Assembly (NCBI GenBank): GCA_050873685.1
Contig: JBNMJH010000009.1
Span: 43,591 to 107,590, forward strand
Source of the DNA: Treponema sp.
GTDB taxonomy: Bacteria; Spirochaetota; Spirochaetia; Treponematales; Treponemataceae
Length of the DNA stretch: 64,000 nt
Direction of reading: 5' to 3'
Shown here: positions 40,915-49,207 of the stretch, one piece after another
Layout: the number at the start of each line of letters is the position of its first letter
Numbering within the stretch: position 1 is the first letter of the stretch
Notes under the pieces: generated by a model
Told to the model about the DNA's origin: nothing
The model's database searches: none
Seen by the model: the letters and a program-made list of their open reading frames with translations, nothing else
Position numbers and translations under genes: made by a program

Positions 40915-42681
40915 TTACCAGTCTGTCGCAAAGCCAGACACATAAGGAACACTGGCAGATACTGATTCGCCCTTAGTTATTGTTTTTCCAGCAATGTCAA
41001 ATTCAAAAAGTGCGTCGTTGTTAGTAAGTTTTTTATTATCAGTATCAACAGAAACGCCATCATCAAGAATTACAAGTTTTCTTGGTGCCAAAGCAACAAA
41101 TTTATACGGTCCAAAGAAATTAGAATCATCCACAGGACTTACAAAAACTACATCTTTGTCTGTTTCTGCCGCAGTTATCTGCACTGTGTTATTTTCTGCA
41201 GCATTTCCATATAGCTTATAGCTACCTTCTAAATTTTCTACATCAATTTCAACTAATGCGCCGCTGCTATAATAAGTAGAATCTGAATCTGTGTTAGAAA
41301 TACTGCTTGAACAATTTCTAACAAGCACATAGAGCTTATCTGTATCATTACCAAGACCATCTCCAAACTGCAAGTCTGTAATAGGCGGAATAGAACCATA
41401 TTCTGTAATATAACTTGACAAGTCAACAAGTTCTCCAGAAAGTTTTAAATCTGGAATTGAATAATAAATGGCTGTTCGTGAAACGATAATTATCTTTCCT
41501 AAATGTGCAGCAAGTGCAACTGGCACATTATTAGATGTAAAATCAGTTAAATCAACATCCTGCCTGTTTGAAAACTCTTCATTTTCAATCTTATAAGTCT
41601 TTACATTATATGGATATTCAGAATCATCATTATCATTAAAAAGAATATACAATGTATCATTATCCCAATAAATATCAAGAGGTTCTTCAGATTCATCTGG
41701 CAAGGTGATTGAATAAGAGTGTACTGCAGAAGAATTATAAATCAATTCATTAGAATCCATTTCATACATATTAAAAATCATATTATTAGTATCTGACTCA
41801 ACCGTCGCTACCCATAAATTCCCATTGCTATCAAAAGTGTATATTCCAGTATTATCAAGGGCAGCCAATGAAGCAGTTTCCTGACTATCTTTATAACTTT
41901 TGTTTTGAAACAACGCAAAGTTATAATTACTAAAATTCCCCATTCTATTCTGCCAAACAGCTGCTGTTGAAACTGCATTGCTAAGCGTAACATTGATGTT
42001 GTTTTCTTTGGCAACTGTTGCGGAAACCGGCTCTAAAGTTTTGTAAAGGCAAAGGTTGTTGTTGTAAACAGAAACTTCAATTTTCAAGGTTTCGCCAATT
42101 GTCTTGTTCTGCGCTATTGTATAAATGTTTGTTTCATCAATCGGATATTCACTTTTTGCAGTTTTATTTGAAGAACCTGTGATTTCAACAACAAGTTTAT
42201 AAGATTTATCCAGTGTCAAGGACTTTATGTTCGCAATTGAAATCGCAACATCCGCAACCTGTTTTTCCAGCGTAACAGAACATTCATTCGCGCCAGGCTT
42301 CAGTTCCTTCTTAACAGGCTTCATGCTGTAAATAACTGTTCCGCCGCAAGAAATAGAAACATCAATTGTCACAGTTTTTCCAGCCGGAAGATCTTCAAAA
42401 GTAAATTCCGGGCAGACAATTTTTCCTTCATCATCAAAAGTTACCGTTTTTTCGTCAACTCTGTTCTGTTTGTCCCAGCTTACAGAAACTTTCACCACAT
42501 ATTCTTTGGCTGTTGATGCAGAATCAGAAATTGAAACAGAGCCGGAATTCAACGCTTCGCGGAAAAAAGAATCCGAAAGCTTAAAAGAAACAGAAGATGT
42601 ACGGTCCAGCGATTCAGAGCAAGAATTTAAAATCAAGCCCGCGCAAAGAATAGAAAAAAATAAAACAATACGTTTTAACAT
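40915..42681 (-). CDS. large lipoprotein of unknown function
   Basis: The signal peptide MLKRIVLFFSILCAGLILNSC carries a lipobox. The gene is visibly AT-rich and the product is S/T/N-rich and beta-rich. Confidence 0.6.
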   Translation of the reverse strand: MLKRIVLFFSILCAGLILNSCSESLDRTSSVSFKLSDSFFREALNSGSVSISDSASTAKEYVVKVSVSWDKQNRVDEKTVTFDDEGKIVCPEFTFEDLPAGKTVTIDVSISCGGTVIYSMKPVKKELKPGANECSVTLEKQVADVAISIANIKSLTLDKSYKLVVEITGSSNKTAKSEYPIDETNIYTIAQNKTIGETLKIEVSVYNNNLCLYKTLEPVSATVAKENNINVTLSNAVSTAAVWQNRMGNFSNYNFALFQNKSYKDSQETASLAALDNTGIYTFDSNGNLWVATVESDTNNMIFNMYEMDSNELIYNSSAVHSYSITLPDESEEPLDIYWDNDTLYILFNDNDDSEYPYNVKTYKIENEEFSNRQDVDLTDFTSNNVPVALAAHLGKIIIVSRTAIYYSIPDLKLSGELVDLSSYITEYGSIPPITDLQFGDGLGNDTDKLYVLVRNCSSSISNTDSDSTYYSSGALVEIDVENLEGSYKLYGNAAENNTVQITAAETDKDVVFVSPVDDSNFFGPYKFVALAPRKLVILDDGVSVDTDNKKLTNNDALFEFDIAGKTITKGESVSASVPYVSGFATDW

Positions 42682-42746
42682 GGAGCACTCCCTTTTTTTA
42701 ATATCTTTATAAAGTATAACAAAAAATTACTATTTTCAAGATTCCG

Positions 42747-42845
42747 TTAAATTTCAGATTTTTCTTCAATTTCAATTTCAGAAATTTTGCACGAAAATGC
42801 AAAAAGAGACAAAGCGGTTAAAAACAGGCAAAAAATCTTTCTCAT
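42747..42845 (-). CDS. possible mini-lipoprotein ORF (32 aa), not in the ORF track
   Basis: My own translation gives MRKIFCLFLTALSLFAFSCKISEIEIEEKSEI. AAGAGGA lies upstream of the ATG and the lipobox is AFSC. Confidence 0.3.
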   Translation of the reverse strand: MRKIFCLFLTALSLFAFSCKISEIEIEEKSEI

Positions 42846-43001
42846 CTGCGTCCTCTTGAACAAGAAACAAAACTTTCAAGGAAAAGCAAGATGCAAGCAA
42901 ATTCTACAGAAATTATAAACCCGGAATTTCAATTTGTAAAACAAAAAATAAAAAACCGGAACCTAAAAAGATTCCGGTCTGCAAGTCATTTTGACCTGGT
43001 T

Positions 43002-44744
43002 TTATTTATTTTTAGCAAGAACAACAGATGTCATCGGAGGAACTGTAAGTTTTCCGTCCTTAACTTCTGCGCCAGGATTTGCCATGTAAACAATCGTCAT
43101 GTCCGCGGCAGCTTCCGGAAGCTGAACAGTTTCTGTTCTTTTTGAAGAAATATTGTGAACAACAAACGCTTTTTCAGATTCAGATTCCATTACGTAAGAT
43201 TCCAGAACCGCGCTTCCTGTTGAAACCGCCTTGAGCCGGCCTTCATACAAAGCCGGATGCGCTGTCTTCACGCGGATTACGCGCTTGTAGTGGTTCAGCA
43301 AAGAATCCGGATCTTTTTCCTGCTCTGAAATCGGAACAGTCTTTTTGTTGTAAACGTTCACATTTCCGTAAGCGCCGCTGTTGCACCAGGTCGGAGTCAT
43401 CTTGTCTTTTCCTTCCGGCTTCCATACAAGCGGAGTTCTTTTTGTAGGATCGTCAGAGCCAGATTTCATTCCGATTTCCTCGCCGTAATAGATGAACGGA
43501 ATTCCTTCCGCCAAAATGTACATATCTGCGGCAAGCTTCATCTTCTGCGGTTTGTTTCTAAGGGCGGCCGCGCTTCTAGCCTGGTCATGGTTTGAAAGGA
43601 ACGGCGCGTCGATATAGTTCTTGTTGTTCGTGGCGTACATCGCGTATTCACTTTCAAGGCTTCGTGCATATCCGTTGTATGTTGAAACATCAGGATCATC
43701 CGGCACATTCTTGTTGTCATTCATTTCCTGGTTGTTGATAATCTGAGTAATCAAAGTTCCCAAGTCAAAATGGAAATTAGACTGCATTCCACCCATGTAC
43801 TTCGCGCGGATTGCTGTTGGCTCCCAGACTTCTGCAACGCTGTAGGCATCCGGTTTAATAGAAAGAATATAGTCATTCATCTCCTTCCAGAACGAAACCG
43901 CCTTTGAAATAGTTTCTGTGCCCGGCTCAACCTCAACGCTGTTGTAAATATGTCCTGCAGCATCAAAACGGAATCCGGAAACGCCCTTGTCAAGCCAGAA
44001 TTTGAAAACTTTCTTGAATTCCTCGCGCACCGCCTGCTCATCCATATTGAAATCCGGCATTGAAGAAGTAAAAACGCCTGCGTAATATGAATAATTGTTC
44101 GGGTCAGATTTGTTTGTAAGATCAATATTCCATACGTTGTGTCCCCAGATTTTCTGGTTCAGATTGTATTTTCCGCCGCGCTCAACAGAATCATTGTCCG
44201 TAATCCAGCGGTACCATGTTCTGTAAGGGCTTGCAGGATTCTTTGACTGGACGAACCAGTTGTTGTAAGAAGAAGAATGGTTGCAAGTCATATCGATAAT
44301 AACATCGATTCCGCGCTTTTTCGCCTCTTTGATGAAATTTTCAAAGTCTTCCATAGTTCCATAGTCCGGGTTGATTTTATAATAATCATCAACATCATAT
44401 CCATGGTAAGAAGGAGACTCAAAAATCGGAAGAAGCCACAAGCCTGTAACGCCAAGGTCAGAAGTAGTGCTGTCATCGCCGTCGTTCAGGTAGTCGAGCC
44501 GCTTTGTAAGCCCTTTGAAATCGCCGATTCCGTCACCGTTTCCGTCTGCAAACGAGCGCACAAAAAGACTGTAGTAAACACCAGCGCCAGGTTTATTTGC
44601 AAGCCGTTGAACAGGAGCCAGCTGAGTTACAGCAAGTTCCGGGTCAAGCTTAGCAGTTTTCTTCTTTGCATAAATTCCTGATGCGCACAGACACAACAAA
44701 GAAAATGCAAGAATTTTTTTTGAAAGATTTTTAATGTTATTCAT
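43002..44744 (-). CDS. secreted GH13 alpha-amylase
   Basis: The GH13 regions DVIIDMTCNHSS, GFRFDAAGHI, AEVWE and FLSNHDQ are present, along with an N-terminal signal peptide. Confidence 0.85.
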   Translation of the reverse strand: MNNIKNLSKKILAFSLLCLCASGIYAKKKTAKLDPELAVTQLAPVQRLANKPGAGVYYSLFVRSFADGNGDGIGDFKGLTKRLDYLNDGDDSTTSDLGVTGLWLLPIFESPSYHGYDVDDYYKINPDYGTMEDFENFIKEAKKRGIDVIIDMTCNHSSSYNNWFVQSKNPASPYRTWYRWITDNDSVERGGKYNLNQKIWGHNVWNIDLTNKSDPNNYSYYAGVFTSSMPDFNMDEQAVREEFKKVFKFWLDKGVSGFRFDAAGHIYNSVEVEPGTETISKAVSFWKEMNDYILSIKPDAYSVAEVWEPTAIRAKYMGGMQSNFHFDLGTLITQIINNQEMNDNKNVPDDPDVSTYNGYARSLESEYAMYATNNKNYIDAPFLSNHDQARSAAALRNKPQKMKLAADMYILAEGIPFIYYGEEIGMKSGSDDPTKRTPLVWKPEGKDKMTPTWCNSGAYGNVNVYNKKTVPISEQEKDPDSLLNHYKRVIRVKTAHPALYEGRLKAVSTGSAVLESYVMESESEKAFVVHNISSKRTETVQLPEAAADMTIVYMANPGAEVKDGKLTVPPMTSVVLAKNK

Positions 44745-44867
44745 AAAAACTCCTGAAACATCATAAATAAGGATTCATATTAGTATACATCATTTTCGCC
44801 AGTTTTAAAATAAAAAAAGCAGCCTGCAAAAAGTTACAGACTGCTTTTAGTACGGAATAAGCTATTT

Positions 44868-45944
44868 TTACTCTTTACCACTAGTTCCGGCAAGAGACAT
44901 AAGCAAAGTCTTCTGTCCTGCCATGAAGAAAATAGTAAACGGAACTGCTACAAGAATAGCGCCTGCAGCGAACATAGTAAAGTTGTCGTTTGAACGGCCG
45001 TTGATCATTTCATAAAGACCTACAGCCAATGTTTTTTTGTCATCGCTTCGCAAAACCATTCGAGGGAAAATGTAATCCATCCACGGTCCTGTGAAACTTG
45101 TCAACGTAAGGAATACAATCTGCGGTTTTGCAGCCGGAAGAATTACCCTAAGATACGCAACAAGCGGAGATGCGCCGTCAATATAAGCGGCTTCTGCAAT
45201 ATCACGCGGCATCGTATCAAAGTATCCCTTCATAAGCTGCGCATTGAACGGAATTGAACCTGACGCATAAACAAGAACAAGTCCCCACAAAGTGTTAAGC
45301 GCATTGAATTTCCACAAAATTACATAAGTGGCAACCATTCCAATAAAGCTTGGGAACATCTGAAGTACAATCATTCCGGCCATAATCTGCTTTCTTCCAG
45401 TAAAACTGAATCGGCTGAAAATATATCCGGTTGTTGTACAGATGAATACTGTAAGAATTGTGTTCATTACAGCAATCTTCAAAGTGTTCAGATACCAGTT
45501 CTTATAGTTAGTTCCATGAACTGTTGTCTCGCCCTTTACAATCTGCTCAGAGCCAGTAAGCAATCGTCGGAACTGGTAAAGAGAAGGTTTCTTGATTTTG
45601 AAAGAAGTCTTCAGAACAGCAACAGTGCCTTCGCCCTTGCAAACATCGCAGTCAACAAGTTTCTTGCCTTTCCAGACTTTTGTCTTGCCGTTCTCATCTT
45701 TATATGTAGATTTTATATCCACATATTTAGTTCCAGTGCCATCACAAGCCTCGCATTTTTCAACAGTAGACTTGTCAGTCTGTTCTGTAAACGGAATTAC
45801 AGAAGTTGCTGCCAAAGAATTAGACTTTGTCAAAGAAGAACTGATAGTAAAAAGAACAGGGTAAATAACAATAATAACGTTGATAATCAAAATCAAGTTG
45901 AGTATAACGCTGATCGGTGTAGCCTTGCTAAAATGCTTTTTCAT
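44868..45944 (-). CDS. MalG-like ABC sugar permease with a CxxCxGxG x2 zinc-finger insertion in the first periplasmic loop
   Basis: The permease core includes the EAA-type region (PRDIAEAAYIDGASPLVAYLRVILP). The insert reads EKCEACDGTGTKY...VDCDVCKGEGTV between TM1 and TM2. Confidence 0.8.
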   Translation of the reverse strand: MKKHFSKATPISVILNLILIINVIIVIYPVLFTISSSLTKSNSLAATSVIPFTEQTDKSTVEKCEACDGTGTKYVDIKSTYKDENGKTKVWKGKKLVDCDVCKGEGTVAVLKTSFKIKKPSLYQFRRLLTGSEQIVKGETTVHGTNYKNWYLNTLKIAVMNTILTVFICTTTGYIFSRFSFTGRKQIMAGMIVLQMFPSFIGMVATYVILWKFNALNTLWGLVLVYASGSIPFNAQLMKGYFDTMPRDIAEAAYIDGASPLVAYLRVILPAAKPQIVFLTLTSFTGPWMDYIFPRMVLRSDDKKTLAVGLYEMINGRSNDNFTMFAAGAILVAVPFTIFFMAGQKTLLMSLAGTSGKE

Positions 45945-47893
45945 ACTTCACCCTCCTTGAATGACTTTGTTCTTGTAAAGTTATACAACGCGAACGGAAC
46001 AAGAACAACGAATACCAGCAAAGAAAGAACAGAGGCAAGGTTGTATCGTGAAGGTGTGTTCATTGTAAGCTTATAAATCCAAGAAATCAAAAGATCCGTA
46101 GCACCGCAGTTTGTAACAGTTGTCAGACCAGCCTGAGGCATGTTTGGACCACCGCCAGTAAGGAAGAATACCGCACCGAAGTTGTTGATGTTTCCTGCAA
46201 ACTGCATAATCAATGTAGGCTTAAGCTGGAACATAACAAGAGGATAAGTAATGCTCTTGAACTGCTGCCATTTTGTTGCGCCGTCAATTACAGCCGCTTC
46301 GTACAACGAATTTGAAATCGCTGTCATAGAAGATGTTGTAAGAATCATTGAGTAAGGGAATCCAATCCAGATGTTTACGAAAATCAACGAGCCCTTTGCT
46401 ACCCAAGGATCAGAAAGCCACGGAATAGGCTTTTCAATAATTCTAAGAAGCTGGAGAGTTCTGTTTATAGGTCCGATAGTACCATTCAGCAAGTTCGCCC
46501 ATACAAAGAGAGAAAGCATTGTTGGAATCGCATACGGAAGGATATACACAGTTCTAAAGAACTTTGGAATTACAACACGCTTGTCCTGCAAAACAAATGC
46601 GTAGAAGAAACCTACAAAGAAACAAGTGAATGTTGCAAAAATAGCCCAGATAATTGTCCACAAAGCAGAAGCGCCGAAAGATTTCGCCCATGCGCCGCCG
46701 CCAAGCTCAGAACTAACCTTCAAAGAGAACATCTGCTGGAAATTCTGAAGACCAACCCAGTCAACAAGATTGTTCGGCGGAATATGCTCTGGTGAAGAAT
46801 AGTTTGTAAATGCGACCAACGCTGAGAAAAGCAATGGAATAATAGAGAAAATTGCCATAAGAACTACAGCCGGCGCAATACCAATAGAAGCGAAAGAGTT
46901 CTGTGAAATATCATTCTTTGCTTCTTTCAATGTCGGGAATCTTCCAGATTTCTTAATCTTTGCAACACCAGCTTTAGCACCATTGATGTTAAGGATGTAA
47001 AGCAGCACAAAGAACCCAATGATGATTATAGCCATAATACCGTTAATCATCATAAAGATGGAATGATCCATATATTTTGTAACAGTTGTAGGTTGCTTTG
47101 AACCAAGAGTTATAAGACCAGCAATAGAAGTTACAATCGGTCCTTTGAACCACGCCCTGTGGGCAAGAGTTCTGTGGCCACTATTAGCGGCAGCACGGCA
47201 AATGCCACAACCGTCATAATGTTCATCGAAAAGATTTTCTCCAGATTCCTTGAAGTTCTTTGCTTCCATTCTTGCCATAACCTTTGCAAGCTTATGGTCA
47301 TATTTAGCAGCAATTCCTTCATAAATTCCATAGACTTCATCATAGTCAATGATTGAATCCGAAGCTTCTGTCTCAACAGAATAAGCGGCAAGCTTATCAT
47401 CTGTGTCATAAGTAAAATCAAAACCAGCAAAAGTTTCCTGCAGTTCTTCAACCAAAGAAAGCCGTTCTTCCTTAGCTTCAGCAATTGCTTCTTTATATTC
47501 TTCTTTGTCGGATTTTTTATCCTCTGCATCCGAAAGCGCTGTTTCATACGTAGCTTTTCCAGAAGCCTTAGCAGCTGATTTAGTAAAGAATTTTGACATT
47601 GCCTTGGCACGAGCCTTCAGCACATTGTCAAGCTTAGAATAGTCTGAATCTTCCAGATACTCAACAATTTCTTCTGTATCCGGAATGCCCTTTAAATAAT
47701 TGTACTCTTTATTATTTGCAGGGATAATTTTCTTCGAGCCAATGATAATCGCGCAAAGCATTACAATTTCAACAAGAGCAAACAAAGCTCCGCGGATGTA
47801 CTGCTTCAGGAACAAAATCTGGCCCAGTCCCATAAAACAAGAAGACGCAAGTGGCGCTTTTTCAAGTTTTTTTGGGTTCACGTCGTTACTCAT
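45941..47893 (-). CDS. MalF-like ABC sugar permease with a ~200-aa charged insertion
   Basis: The permease core reads SLYEAAVIDGATKWQQFKSITYPL. I set the start at ATG 47893 (MSNDVNPKK, with GGAG upstream). The gene has a 4-nt overlap with the MalG-like gene. Confidence 0.8.
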   Translation of the reverse strand: MSNDVNPKKLEKAPLASSCFMGLGQILFLKQYIRGALFALVEIVMLCAIIIGSKKIIPANNKEYNYLKGIPDTEEIVEYLEDSDYSKLDNVLKARAKAMSKFFTKSAAKASGKATYETALSDAEDKKSDKEEYKEAIAEAKEERLSLVEELQETFAGFDFTYDTDDKLAAYSVETEASDSIIDYDEVYGIYEGIAAKYDHKLAKVMARMEAKNFKESGENLFDEHYDGCGICRAAANSGHRTLAHRAWFKGPIVTSIAGLITLGSKQPTTVTKYMDHSIFMMINGIMAIIIIGFFVLLYILNINGAKAGVAKIKKSGRFPTLKEAKNDISQNSFASIGIAPAVVLMAIFSIIPLLFSALVAFTNYSSPEHIPPNNLVDWVGLQNFQQMFSLKVSSELGGGAWAKSFGASALWTIIWAIFATFTCFFVGFFYAFVLQDKRVVIPKFFRTVYILPYAIPTMLSLFVWANLLNGTIGPINRTLQLLRIIEKPIPWLSDPWVAKGSLIFVNIWIGFPYSMILTTSSMTAISNSLYEAAVIDGATKWQQFKSITYPLVMFQLKPTLIMQFAGNINNFGAVFFLTGGGPNMPQAGLTTVTNCGATDLLISWIYKLTMNTPSRYNLASVLSLLVFVVLVPFALYNFTRTKSFKEGEV

Positions 47894-47984
47894 TCCATAC
47901 TCCAATAACAAATATATGACAGTCACAGAGCAAAGATTTTCTTTTCCCTGTAACTGTCCCAACTAAACAAACAAAAATGTTTTA

Positions 47985-49163
47985 TTATTTAGCAGCTTCC
48001 ATCGCAGCGGCAGCAGCGTTAAGGTCTGCCTTAACATCATCGCCGCCCCAGATTCCTGAGTAAGCCGAATTCATTGATGACCAGTATGTTCCAAGCTGTG
48101 GAATTGTAGGCATAGGGCTGGCATAAGCAAGCTGTTCCTTGATTCCCTTAGAAAGTTCACCAGTAGCCTCGATGTCCTTTCTTGGTGGAATCTGGTCTGT
48201 CATTTCATAGCGTTTTTCAAGCATTTCCTTTGAAGTGATGAACTTTGCAAAAGCCTTTGCCTGTTCAGGGTATTCAGAGTAAGAAGAAACGAATGCAAGG
48301 CGAACACCAGAGAATGTTTTTCCAGGAGTATTTGAACCTGGGAACGCCGGAATTGTTGTAATACCGAAGTCTACACCAGATTTCTTGAAGTCTGTGATCT
48401 TCCATGGTCCTGTGATAATCATCGCAGCTTTTCCTTCAGAGAACTGAGCGTTGCAGAAGTCTCCTGAAACATCCGAAGCAGGAACGTCAAGAATCTGCTT
48501 GCGGAGGCTCTGGAAGAATGTAAGACCCTTGATAGCGTTAGGGCTGTTCAAGTTGTGCTGCTTGCGGTCATCACCTTTTGGTCCGAACAACGGAGCGTCG
48601 AAAGAAGCCATGAACATATATCCATAGTATCCGTCGCCAACCGGCCATACCAAAGCGTATTTTCCTTCAGCCTTGTTGTTGTATGTCTTTGCGAAAGAAA
48701 TAACTTCATCCCAAGTCTTTGGAGCTTCTTTTACAAGCGACTTGTTGTAGAACAATGCGTATGTCTCAGCGCCGAGCGGATAACCGTATACAGCGCCGCC
48801 GTAACTTGCACCGATCTTTGCAACATCTTCAAAGTTTGCGAGATATTCATCTGCATCATCTACTGGAAGAACGTGTCCACCTTCTACCAACGCGCCGATG
48901 TGGTCATGCGGAGCAACAAAGACGTCTGCGCCTACTCCGGCAGGTCCGTCCAGCTCAATCTTTGCACGAGAATCTGTTGAACCAACCGGCTCGTAAGTGA
49001 TTTTTACGCTTGGATCAACTTTTTTATACTGTCGGGCAGCAAAAGTGATAAAAGCCTTTTCAGGACCTTCAGATTCCCATACTTTCAATGCTACTTTTTT
49101 TGGAGCAGCGAAAGCAGTTGCAGCCAATGCCACAGCAGTTGCTGCACAAACTAATTTTTTCAT
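47985..49163 (-). CDS. maltodextrin/sugar ABC substrate-binding protein (MalE-like)
   Basis: It has a signal peptide MKKLVCAATAVALAATAFA, family 1 SBP features and a position upstream of the MalF/G-like genes. GGAGG lies before the ATG at 49163. Confidence 0.8.
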   Translation of the reverse strand: MKKLVCAATAVALAATAFAAPKKVALKVWESEGPEKAFITFAARQYKKVDPSVKITYEPVGSTDSRAKIELDGPAGVGADVFVAPHDHIGALVEGGHVLPVDDADEYLANFEDVAKIGASYGGAVYGYPLGAETYALFYNKSLVKEAPKTWDEVISFAKTYNNKAEGKYALVWPVGDGYYGYMFMASFDAPLFGPKGDDRKQHNLNSPNAIKGLTFFQSLRKQILDVPASDVSGDFCNAQFSEGKAAMIITGPWKITDFKKSGVDFGITTIPAFPGSNTPGKTFSGVRLAFVSSYSEYPEQAKAFAKFITSKEMLEKRYEMTDQIPPRKDIEATGELSKGIKEQLAYASPMPTIPQLGTYWSSMNSAYSGIWGGDDVKADLNAAAAAMEAAK

Positions 49164-49207
49164 TTTTTCCTCCATATTCAAGCCTGACTAGCGGCCAAAA
49201 TAACAGT

